Shown here piece by piece: positions 26,680 through 38,375 of a stretch of 64,000 bases of DNA. The notes under the pieces were generated by a model. That model worked only from the letters and a program-made list of their open reading frames with translations, was not told the DNA's origin and searched no databases. The DNA comes from Antedon mediterranea (taxonomy: Eukaryota > Animalia > Echinodermata), in NCBI RefSeq assembly GCF_964355755.1, contig NC_092678.1, positions 1,566,422 to 1,630,421 of the forward strand, written 5' to 3'. How positions within the stretch are numbered: position 1 is the stretch's first letter; each line of letters opens with the position of its first letter. Both the position numbers and the translations under genes were made by a program.

Positions 26680-26715
26680 AAGAGAGATATTATAGTTCAC
26701 TATAATATCTCTATG
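26680..26715. mobile_element. 36-bp palindromic micro-element with 7-bp TSD (P-element-like terminus)
   Basis: GTTCAAG|aagagagatattatag-ttca-ctataatatctctatg|GTTCAAG. Confidence 0.6.
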
Positions 26716-28333
26716 GTTCAAGGTATGGTATCTTTGAAATGTAAATTCCAGGAAACACAGTCCAATAGAATAAAGCGCTTTGTCAAGTAATTGTTACGAT
26801 GCAACTCTTCATTTATCTTTTACGGTTCAGTAGCGCACACAATAACAATACAGCTTTCCAAGTAGTAGGATATGACGTACTAACAGTCTTAGCCAATTTT
26901 TAGTGTAGGTTGATTCGAAAGGTCTGTTCCTAACTTCCATTCAACAAAAAAACAAAAGTTTTACATCCATGTGACGTGCATTTCTTTCCCTTTCTGAGAT
27001 GAGGGAAGATGATATTGCATTTGTTCTGGCTAATGTAAGAATGCGGAAGATAAGTAGACTTGTCACATCAACTCCGGGAGTACCAATACGAGGACAATTG
27101 CAAAAACGAAACATGTACATTTCCCTAGTAATGCACCCATAGTATTCCCTGGGATTCAATTCAGGAAGTTAATGGTGTTTTATTGATTTGTTGAATGAGT
27201 TCTTTAAAATTTATCGACAAGGCTAGACGCCCATTCACATTAAAATACTATCACTGACTACTATATAAAAATGTCTCGACATTTCTGTTGTTGTCCTTTA
27301 ATAATATTTCTTTAAAAAAGATATAAATATATATTAATATAATAATTCGTTTCGTTGATTGAAAGGTTTTAATGAGACCCTGGATATTGTAACTCAAGCT
27401 TAGCTTAATCTTCATTCTGTATTATTCTTGTAATTTATTATTGCAATAATCTATATAGAATTAGTAAGTTAATCTTCTTAATCCATTGTTTAATCCCAAT
27501 TGATTGATGTCAACCAGACAGATTTGGATCCAGAAATCTCAAGTTAAATCCACATTTTTCTTGATTCACTTCATTTTCTATGTAAAGGTGTTGATGTTTA
27601 TATATATTTTTGTTATATTGTTTATGAGAGCTGGATTGTATTAAACTGTGTAACAGGTGGTTTACACTAATCTGACTGCTTTGTTCAGACAGTAAAATGT
27701 TTATTCATGTATATTTAAGCTGTCATCTCAATACTTTAAACCATGTAATATCAAATTTAAATAGTTTTAAACATTTTTTTTAGTAAATTACTTTAGTAAA
27801 TTACTTTCAATAAAGGTATAATTATATTATAGTCATGAATCATTCCTGATTCAAATGCAAAATGTGCAAAGTAGATCAAAAACTATACTCGTTTTGTAGT
27901 ATGACTGGTGATATTCGTCAACACGAATACGCTTTACGAATATGAAATGAAGATCAGCTCAAAAGTTTCACAAATGTGTGACGTATGCGTTTTCGTTATC
28001 GTATTCGTAAGGTTGCGAAACCTCCCTAATAACAAACATTTCTGATTTGTTTTGTTTCTTTTTATGAAATTCTAAATGCCAACAAGCCAAGATAAACTCT
28101 TCACTTGATACCGCAAATGACAGGAGATTTTTAATCCGTAATAAATTATTATTTATTCACAAGTTTCGTGGTAGAATTGAAGAAAAATTCTAGCTGTTAA
28201 CACATTCATTCAATTTGATAATCTCTGAGTTTATATTGTGTGTGTTATTGGTTGAAATGCTCCACTACACAGCAGCTAACTTCACACCAAGCCCGATCCA
28301 GTCTGTTTGGCAGAAGAAAAATCATTGTAAAAA

Positions 28334-28454
28334 AGCTCTGTCTACACAGTATCAAACTAGTCTGACAAAATATGGTAGTGATAGTGACATCATCATTTCC
28401 ATATATGGCCACATCACATGTTGTTGTCACATAAATTTTGATAGTGTAGACAGA
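28334..28454. mobile_element. MITE family A copy
   Basis: agctctgtctacacagtatcaaact ... tttgatagtgtagacaga. Confidence 0.85.
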
Positions 28455-29649
28455 AGTGTTAACATTAGGTACATAATACGATTGCAGCACTAGTCACCCC
28501 TTATTGCAAGGTGTCTTATATCTCGCACATTGAGGAGGTAACCCGTGACATGGTATCGCTATTACCAACCAGGGAAGTGCAAAGTATGTTACATTAAACA
28601 TAGATTCGTAGGCTTACTCATCTGTTTTGGACGTGAACCAATAATAATAACGATGATAATTATTATGTGGCTTTATCGTGCCTTGTACAGTCTTATGTTT
28701 ATCATTATCATTGAGTCAATTTTGAAAAAAAGTGACATTTATGATGTACTTGTTAAGCCTGCATTTCAATTCAAGGTAATAGGTTCAATCTTGGTCAATT
28801 ATCATTTTATTTTTATGTGGTTTTAACGTACCTTGTACAATCTGTTATTTATAGTCGTGCTAATTTTATAAGATACGGCACAGCAGCATAGCACAGAACA
28901 ATCCTACTTTCAATTCAAAGTAGTAGGTTCAATCTTTAGATCAATAATGATAACATTTCATGGAATAGGGGTGTCTCAAAGGAATGGTTTGACTGTATGA
29001 AGTGTTATAATTAATAGTTGTTAAATTATTTAAATTTGACATTGACATTGTATTAGGCTATGAGTTCAAGGAGATTAAAGTACAAAACCAGACATAACAA
29101 AATACTTTATTTTAAATCGAATATCGAATGACTCATATACTCAATGCCTGCAATGGAATGCAATTAATATGCAGTAAATAAACAAACATTCGTGACAGGC
29201 ATGGGATAGCCGCCAAAATACAAGTTGAAATATTCTTTAATTTCCATTGTGTCGTCTGCTAGTCAAAGTCAGGTGTTCCTGCTAAGATGACACAATCGGG
29301 GGAATAAAATATTATTACCATTGAAATTATCTCATGATAAACCTGTGATAGATCATCATTGTATTATATTGTTTTGTTAATAATATGGTACATATATTAG
29401 ATTTCTAACTAAGAGTAATAAAATGAATTCTTTCTAAACTCTTGAACAACTAATTTAATGTAAATTATGAATGAATAAGACTCTATTACCTTTATATTGT
29501 AATAGTCCATAAGATTAGTTCACTGTAGATGTTATGTTTAGCCTATACATGAAACATCTAGCACAGATCTGGGAATATTTCACCGAACACAATGATACAT
29601 TTTGTTCTTTTCACAAGCACAATCCTGCTGTGTCGTTGCCAAGTCGTAG

Positions 29650-30070
29650 TCTGGTACCAAATCTGATCATGATCCGTTTTTTTAGTGTTTATATGGTTTA
29701 TTTATAACATCACAGGATTTTCCACTTCTGCATTGGTAATTCCCATTGCCAAGACTTGTTTACATACTGTACACCTAGTACCAAATCCGATCATGATCAG
29801 TTTTATTTGTACCAAATACTGTACATTTATATGGTTTATTTATAACATCAAGGGATTTTTCACTTCTGCATTGGTAATTCCCATTGCCTGGTCTTGTTTA
29901 CACACTGTACACCGACTAATCAGCTCGTACCAAACATTACCAAATCCGGTCATGATCAGTTTTATTTTTACCAAAGTATTATACGTTTATTTGGTTTATT
30001 TATAACATATAACTTCAAGGGATTTTCCAATTCTGCATTGGTAATTCCCATTGCCAAGTCTTGTTTACAT
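29650..30070. repeat. Diverged tandem triplication, ~125-160-bp units
   Basis: ccaaatc.g.tcatgatc and ttctgcattggtaattcccattgcc each occur three times. Confidence 0.85.
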
Positions 30071-30406
30071 GATGGGCCTGTTTCTGCTGCATAAAAAATA
30101 ACCGGTTAAAATCGGGTGTGAATAAATTAAAATCGGTGTGAATAAATTAACTCCATTTTCTTGGCAGCAGAAACAGGACAAATTTGTGGTAACCGGTTAA
30201 AAGGCAGCGCAAAATAACCGGTTAAAAACACCAATTTAAATCGGTGTTAGAACGCCGTTTAACCGGTTATCGCTAAGCAATTCTTAGCTGCAACACGAAA
30301 TAACGGTTATTTGATTGACAGTTGTGACCCCGGGTCAGATACCGTCGCATACGATGTGTGTTTTCCTCGTGGTTTTGACAGTCGAACGAAGAAGTGAACA
30401 TGTATG

Positions 30407-31355
30407 TGGATGAATGAAATCACAAGATATGTTATTCAGTTGGGGAGAGAAAGTACGGGGAAGGATGGCAGGCAATAGAAAAGAATCACAGATAATAAAG
30501 AGCATTGTTGCGAAAGTAAAAGAGGAGTTTGGGGTGGAGTTCCGGGGACTACCCAAGCTAAGCAATTTGAGGCGTTAGTACACGCTCGCGAAGGGTATGG
30601 ATGGTCCTATAAACACCAAAACGGAAACAAAAAAAGGGACTCAGAATGTTGCAAATACCTACCAAACGATAGTAGATAATGGTTAATTAATTATGAAAAC
30701 CCAAATTTTATAGCAAAAATCATCCAAATTTATGTTATAAACGATGTATTTTTAGCAACAAAAACTTAATCCAAACGAGCGTATTTATGGCACGCCCTTA
30801 GTGCCTTTAATAGGAGAACAATGAACATTCTTACTTTGATCGTTTTACATAATATAATTTTTTTAGAAAAACATCACATCGACCGAAAACAAAGGTAATC
30901 AGAGCCTTTGATAATATATTAAATATGATTTTATTAAGCATAGAAATGTGTTATTATTTATGTTAGTACATAAATATACGAAATAATGTTCAATACTCAT
31001 TATTTTATTAAAGGCACTATGTGCGTGCGATATTCTATGACTTGGATACTCTCGTTTGATTTAAGTTTGTGTGGCTAAACTCATCGTTTTTAACATAAAT
31101 TCGAACGATTTTTGCTATAACAGTTGGGTTTTCATAATTGATTAACAATTATCTACTCTCGTTTGATAAGTATTGCAACAATCTGAGTCTCGTTTTTGTT
31201 TCCGTTTGGTGTTTTGTAGGACCGCGCTCGCGAAAGACAACAGTCGTTCACGTGGGAAGGGCCGTATGTCATCGCCTTTGTTGAGGATAAAAATTATCCT
31301 AGGCGATCGGGCGCTGCACAACCCTCTCCATCATGTTATTGAAGGCGCCATGAGA
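30407..31355 (+). pseudogene. Myb/SANT-like (trihelix-type) DNA-binding gene relic of the Harbinger element, split by a nested insertion
   Basis: WMNEITRYVIQL / WGEKVRGRMAGNRKESQIIKSIVAKVKEEFGVEFRGLPKLSNLRR*YTLAK, then after the insert DNSRSRGKGRMSSPLLRIKIILGDRALHNP. Matches the Myb_DNA-bind_4-type pattern. One frameshift and one stop. Confidence 0.7.
30593..31224. mobile_element. Nested long-TIR (foldback) Mutator-like MITE with 10-bp TSD
   Basis: CGCTCGCGAA at 30583-30592 and 31225-31234. Imperfect inverted arms of about 230 bp (about 30603-30830 vs 30985-31223). Right tip about 9 bp shorter. Confidence 0.75.
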
Positions 31356-32101
31356 ATTAATTTTATTAGCGATGTAAGTAGGCTTTACAAAAAAACAAAA
31401 CTTGTAGACCTGGAGACAACATTTTATTTTTTTAACATGTTTGAGTGAGATGTTCGGCGATATAGGCCTACACACGTGTGTACTCACGACGTCGATGTAA
31501 ACAAACAGCCAACTTACTACTTCCGTCTGAGTGTATTGCATTTTGGGTAATGATGACGTTTTGCTCGACGACCACCCATAGATTTAACCGGTTATTTCGG
31601 AGCACAAATTGAGCAGAAACGCGGTCTTGTTATTGTTATCTATTTTTAATCTATTTTAAAATAACCGGTTAAATTGCGTTATGCAGCAGAAACAGACCCG
31701 ATGTCTTCAGACTTTTAATAGGTAGCGACACATTAAAAACATTTGGAAGAGCCCAGAATTGTTGTTAGAGAAGGCTTGTACGTGAAAATTTCAAGAAACG
31801 TGGATGAACCAATTGGACCAATAGTTGACTGTTTTATTTATTTTATATACACTATATTTGGACAAATTTCAAACTTTCTGGTATTCATCGCTTTTCAGGT
31901 ATATTTTATATTAAAGGCTTTTTGTCAAGTTTTGACGCAAAATGATGCATGCTTGCGTGTTGTATGCTGATCTATCTTTTATTAAATTCTTATTCTCAGC
32001 TATTTCTAACTTTTTGCCATATTCTTGCTAACTATCATCAGATTGAAGATAATAGTATTTATACCCAATTTAATATATTAGATCACAAGTAAAATAAAAT
32101 A

Positions 32102-32190
32102 AGGTAACCTAGGTAACCTAGTTAGGTAACCTAGTTAGGTAACCTAGTTAGGTAACCTAGTTAGGTAACCTAGTTAGGTAACCTAGTTAG
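32102..32190. repeat. 13-bp tandem repeat (ggtaacctagtta), about 6.5 copies
   Basis: Direct inspection. Contains the quasi-palindrome taggt-a-accta. Confidence 0.95.
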
Positions 32191-32208
32191 ATCATCATCA
32201 TTAAAGTA

Positions 32209-32362
32209 CAGTAGAACCCTACTTTGGAATATTCCTGTTCAGCGGACAAACTATTATGAAGAGGACACCGAACAATGAGAAAAATATGTAAATATATACA
32301 CTACAGCTAACCTCTATTATAAGGGAACACATTTGAGAACAAACAAAATATCTCCTTAATAG
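32209..32362. mobile_element. MITE family B copy
   Basis: ta|cagtagaaccctactt left end and tacagctaacctctattattaagggaacac core. Confidence 0.55.
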
Positions 32363-32774
32363 TGATTTGTTTATAAATCATAGTTTAATTTTATCTTAGT
32401 ATTTATTATCAATTGATTTTTCTTATTTAGTTTTAATCTTTTGTTTGTAGTTATTTATAGCCATGGTATTTGTATCTTAATTCTATACTTATAATAGCTG
32501 GTATTAATCTATTTGCGGTATACAGTTTATTGAATGCTAAATTTAGATGGGAAAAAGCTCAGTTGCATATATCACATACAGCTTTTCTGTTCACAGCAAG
32601 AGACTGATAAATATAGCATTTAGTAGATAGCCTATCAACTGCAATTAAGTAGCTAGTAAAAATAGAATGATAAGGAGATGTGGATGTATCAAATATATGA
32701 AATGTCTTGTTTATTTTTGTTTTCTAATTTAAATAACCAACATTTGATAAAGTTTCAAAACATACCTTTTGAAA

Positions 32775-33605
32775 ATTCTTTATCTGTCCCAACATTCTAG
32801 ATCTTTCCCAACATCCTAGATCTTCTCCAACATACTAGATCTTCTCCAACATACTAGATATTTCCCATCTTCCTAGATCTTTCCTAAAATTCTAGATCCT
32901 TCCCATCATCCTAGATCTTTCCCATCATCCTAGATCTTTCCCATCATCCTAGATCTTTCCCAACATCCTGGATCTTTACCAACATCCTTTATCTTTCCCA
33001 TTATCCTAGATCTTTCCCAACATCCTAGATCTTTCCCAACATCCTAGATCTTCTCCAACATACTAGATATTTCCCATCTTCCTAGATCTTTCCTAAAATT
33101 CTAGATCCTTCCCATCATCCTAGATCTTTCCCATCATCCTAGATCTTTCCCAACATCCTGGATCTTTACCAACATCCTTTATCTTTCCCATTATCCTAGA
33201 TCTTTCCCAACATCCTTTATCTTTCCCAACATCCTAGATCTTTTCCATCATCCTAGATCTTTACCAACATCCTAGATCTTTCCAAACTTTCTTAACAACC
33301 TGGATCTTTCCCAACATCCTAGCTCTTTCCGAAAAATCCTGGATCTTTCGAACATCCTTGATCTTTCCCAACATCCTTGATCTTTCCCAACATCTTAAAT
33401 TTTTCCCAACATCCTTGATCTTTCCTAACATCCTTGATCTTTCCCATCTTCCTAGATCTTTCCTAACATCCTTGCTCTTTCCCAACATCCTTGCTCTTTC
33501 CCAACATCCTAGATCTTTTTCATCATCCTAGATCTTTCCCAACATCCTAGATCTTTCCAAACTTTCTTAACATCCTATATTTTCAAACATCCTAGATCTT
33601 TCTCA
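32775..33605. repeat. Degenerate 19-bp minisatellite (cctagatctttcccaacat), about 43 copies, with a higher-order duplication
   Basis: 19-bp periodicity. The variant block at 32841 recurs at 33050 (209 bp = 11 units). Confidence 0.93.
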
Positions 33606-34417
33606 TCAACTTCAAGCTTTCCCCTTCAAAAGAAGTCTTTCTTCTTAACATGATGAAAACTATACATTCAATATAACCTTGAAAAATATAAAAAAAGCAA
33701 CACTATTTTTACACTTTCTGTGCATTGGTACAAACTGATACAATAGATCTAACTTTATTACATTGGCTGTATGAATTATTCTGTCGCCAAATGATGATTA
33801 TATTTGTTATCATTTGATTAGTTTAGGTATTTTTTATTGTTTATGAGAAAAATTGGCATGTTTTCAAGGTGTATTTGAACTGTTTGACATTATGCAACAT
33901 CTTCAAAATTAACAATTGTATGATGCAGAAACTGTCACAACATCAAATGGGTAGTAAGCATGCATAGATTTTTAAAACAATGAAATGTTTACGTTTTGTT
34001 TTCACAGTGAACCACTAGTTTTAAAAAATTATTCCGTGCATTCTAAGTAACATTTGATCATTTGCAGAATGACTGTTGGACTCAATAGCTGTTTGCTAAT
34101 AATAGGTTAAACGATGCAACATTTAGAGGTTGCCCTTTCTCCACAACCCCTTCTGATTAAGGTGAACCAACAAAAGTAGATCTTCCAAAGTGGTCATGTA
34201 AAATCTAATTCCAACTTATTTTACAACTGTTACATCAATATAAAGCATTTCCTCTGCTTTTCCTTTACCACATGTTAAGTTCCTTAGAATGTTTTTAAGC
34301 TTTCACTTGTATGTAATATTTCTGCCAAATATACAAACATACATTCATTTTCTCTTCATGTGTAATGATTTCCACAGCTGGTGAACACATTAAACATCTA
34401 TTTCCTTGCCTTACTTT

Positions 34418-34615
34418 CTCTGTCTACACTATCAAATTTATGTGACAAAAAAAGGTGATGTACCCATATGGACATGATGATGTCATATCAGTACCATATT
34501 TGGGCATATCACTACCATATTTGGGCACATCACTACCATATTTGGGCACATCACTACCATATTTAGGCACATTACATGTTTTTTTGTAAACTAGTTTGAT
34601 AGTGTACACAGAGCT
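34418..34615. mobile_element. MITE family A copy with an internal 21-bp repeat expanded to about 4 copies
   Basis: ctctgtctacactatcaaa ... (atcactaccatatttgggcac)n ... tttgatagtgtacacagagct. Confidence 0.85.
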
Positions 34616-34809
34616 TCACAACATTTTATTCAGTCTGATGTCAAAATGTACCCCTTCTCAACTTTCTTCTTTTATAAAATACAATTCTCTGTTTCACTTC
34701 CATTTTGTGGTTTTTTAATATCGTTATCTAGGTGAAGTTGTATTGTTTCAATGGGTTCACTAATTAATAAACCAGACCAGATTTGTAATACAGTAGTAAG
34801 TAATTAATA

Positions 34810-34941
34810 ATGACAAATATTGATGTGCCCATTATATGGACATGATGATGTCATATCACTACCATATTTAAGCATACCACTACCATACTTGGACACATCA
34901 CACACTTTTTTTGTCAAACAAGTTATAGTGAAGACGGAGCT
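34810..34941. mobile_element. MITE family A copy, 5'-truncated
   Basis: Core tgatgtgccc...ggacatgatgatgtcatatcactaccatattt and right end atagtgaagacggagct|taa. Confidence 0.75.
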
Positions 34942-36319
34942 TAAGGATGTTAAATATATTAACATAAAAAAGTCTGAAATCTGTGAGTGATTATGACCCC
35001 TTAGCCATGTCCCACTTTGTACATATCTTGTGGATATATGTTTTGGCATAGGAATCTAGTATATTGATGTAAAATGTTCTAGTTGTGTTAATGTATGACT
35101 GAGTGACCTTTCCGTTGGCAACCTACATTCTTTAGTACATGGAATATATGATAACGGACATTTAGATTCTTACCACGAAATATCTACAATTATTTATTTA
35201 ATGTGCGAAAATTATAATATAATTATTTACGTTGAGTAAATATATATTTATTAAAATCAATATATTAATGTTCAAATTAGAAGATAATATGAGGTTAATT
35301 TACATTAATATTCTGATGCTATATATTAATAATTATGAGCATATTTTATTGGTAACTGTTTTTATTTTTTCACACAAATATATAGTATATAGCACACATA
35401 TTTGATATGGTTTTACGCATCGCTATCGAACAGAGCTGTTCATGCGCACATGTTTCTGGGTGTGCATGGAATGATTTTCCGATTTTGACAGTTTTGTGGT
35501 CACTTTAGACATCATGAAAACAAAATCCACAATGCTGTGTTTTAACACTTATTCATACGTTTGTGGAAAACACGGAAGGTCGAGGGATTTTCATGCTGTG
35601 CTGGTCCATAATTGTTGTATTTTACTCAAGTGTTTCTATAATTTTAAAGTGAAATCATAATATGCTTAGTTTTTATGTATTTATCTTCATTTCCATACGT
35701 CCGTAAATGAACAATTTTTCATAATAATTACGGACATTTTGTAATACATGAGAACTTTGCAATTTGTCTTCATGTTTCAAGATCGGAGACATATCGATAC
35801 CAACATCAATATCTTCAGCAATACAGTATATGCTATATAAATCGTGCATTTATTATCAGTGTTTATATTACTCCTATATTTCATCATTGCCCTTTACATT
35901 GTGAATTTTCACAAACCAAATTACATAAAATCTCTTCAAACTGTAATAGTTTAAGAGGTACATGGAAATATGTAGTAATGTTCCATAATGACATTAAATC
36001 ACCATTATGAAATTTCTCTTTACTGTAAATTGCGAATTATGTATTAGATCCATAATAGGCCTCCAGAGGATCGCAATCGGAAATTACATATTAGTATTTC
36101 ACCAGTCGTAATGGACAGATTAATAGCGGCTACGATGCTAGTATAGTCTAGCTTATTGGAGCGGTACGTAATAGCGACTGAAATTCTCGACGTGTGGGTG
36201 GTGGAAGATAAAATATTTTATATGTTTTTTTGTTATTATTGTATAATTTTCGGAGAACAAAAAACTTGATTTAAAAATGTTTTTGAAATACTAATAGGCT
36301 ACAGTAAGTTTAGATAAAC

Positions 36320-36680
36320 ATTGGATACAGCTATTCAAGGGACACTCCTGTTAAGGGGAACTTTACAGTTAAATGAATATTAATAATATCGTTTTTATCC
36401 TACAGCCAACCTCTGTTTTCAGGGAACACCCTTTTTAAGGATAAACTTTGCTGGGTCCTTAATAGAAGTTCTACTGTAATAGTGGAAACTGAAACTGAAA
36501 CTGAATTTATTTTAAAATTGAACCCCTCTTTTGGGACACCTATTCAGGGGAAAGAAGAATGCCCATTCTGGATGTCCTTATTCAGGAACACTTTACTGTG
36601 AAACAAGTGAGGGACAATAATATTACCAATATCTCTATTAAGGGCAAACTTGTATTGGATCCCTGTTAATATAGGTTCTG
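36320..36680. mobile_element. Two adjacent degenerate MITE family B copies
   Basis: Right TIR aatagaagttctactg|ta at 36461-36478, and ggacacctattcagggg / ctctattaaggg motifs in the following copy. Confidence 0.55.
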
Positions 36681-37591
36681 TTTTTTATTGTTTTTACACA
36701 AGTTGATCAACAAACAGATAATTGATCCATGGAGTCTTTAGAGAAGAATAAATTATTTTCATTGTCATCAAGTTTTTACAATTTTGAAAAATTATCTTTT
36801 TAATTAAGGAATAAAATCACAAATTAATTATTAATTCTTGTCAGTTATCAAGTAACGATATTGCACAGTTTGATTAATTTATGTTTTTTACAAAAATCAC
36901 TTAGTATTTCTTTTAATTGATTTATTATGAAAGTCGTTGAATTGAAACGAGATTGATTTCAGAATCGTGCTTATCGATTTTCTTGCTATTGGCTATTTTG
37001 AGTCGTCATTAAAAGCAGAGGTTAATGGTTCATCATGTTTGCAGACAGTAATATTTTTATATAAATATTAATAAAATAAAGAAAAAGGTTGGGTACTGTT
37101 TCGTGGGTGTTGTCAGAATTTGGGAGAAGCGTCAATTTAAATTGAAAATAGATTACCGCAATAAGTTAATAAAAATATAATAGTTGAAGACATATAACTC
37201 GGTCTGTTTATGGTTGTGTTGATAACATTTAAGGGTGTGGTTTACAGACTTCATCTTTTTTGAAGATGGGTTATTCAATGGATTTTCTTTTTTGAGTTAC
37301 ATGGAGTATAGACTTCCTATTATCTAAACGTACTTGGTTTGTGGATATGGGTGGTTTTCACAATGGCAAAGGGTTTGCAATATTCTGTGCAAGTGAGGAA
37401 GGCTTTATTATAAATTGAGATATGATATATAAATTATGATACATATGTGGGATCTTGTTAATTTTAGATATTGAGTTGAGTAACAATACAATAATTGTGT
37501 GTAAAACATAAGGAAATAATCTTTAAAGGAAATGTTTTTGTAATAAATTGTGGGTTGATTATCCAGGTACATATGGTTTGATCATTAAATA

Positions 37592-37703
37592 TATATGGGG
37601 TGATAATTCAGGGACATATGGGGTGATAATTGCGGGATGTATGGGGTGATAATTGAGGGATGTATGGGGTGATAATTGCGGGATGTATGTGGTGATAATT
37701 GAG
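37592..37703. repeat. 23-bp tandem repeat (atggggtgataattgcgggatgt), 5 copies
   Basis: Units start at 37595, 37618, 37641, 37664 and 37687. Confidence 0.9.
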
Positions 37704-38375
37704 AAATGCTTTGGTTATCATTAAGATATAGTTTGGTCATTTGATTGAATGTTCAGTTTATACGCAGTGTATCCTGTTCTTCAGTGTTTCTTATATCCAG
37801 ATCTGATTTTCATTGCTATGTTCACTCATGTTGCACTGCTGCTGTATGTGAGCCTGTTGTGTTAGGAACCGAGCTTGCACAAACAGATATTCTGTAGACA
37901 GATAATTATTAACTGCCCCTATCAACCAGGTTTTTGCTGTTAAAATATTCAATCATGATAATTTATGACATGTATGTCAGATGTCTTCTTACATAGTATG
38001 GTAGCTGAGAATGAGATAGGTTACCACATGAACTATGTTCAAAGGACAAAATGGCACAGACAGGCATACTTCTAGATGTGAACAACAACCAAGGGGTCAT
38101 ATCTGACTATATACAGTCCCCAGTAATTAAAAAACATATATGTTTCATTGTACTGGGTAGAGGCATTTATTATTCATAAATGGGGTATTATGTTTCATAA
38201 GGCTAGGCCTTAGGTGATTGTTGACTTAGTTCTGTCTCACCTTTTAGTTATAAGTCCCCTTGATTTATCGCTTATTTCTCACATTCATGACATTGTATGA
38301 TTGATATCATTTTTCTTGTTTGACTTTTTGCATCTTTAATGTTCCTAGTTGAAGGTTTATGATATTTTCTTTATA

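Larger units (their letters stand above)
30074..31699 (+). mobile_element. Non-autonomous PIF/Harbinger-like DNA transposon with 3-bp TSD GAT
   Basis: 21-bp TIR gggcctgtttctgctgcataa / ttatgcagcagaaacagaccc (1 mismatch). GAT at 30071-30073 and 31700-31702. Repeated subterminal taaccggttaa palindromes and an internal Myb/SANT-like relic. Confidence 0.85.

Noticed and set aside
33261-33488. Repetitive basic ORF (MLGKIKDV...)
   Set aside because: Read-through of the 19-bp minisatellite.
34424-35049. PKYGSD-repeat ORFs
   Set aside because: Translation of the 21-bp internal repeat of MITE family A.
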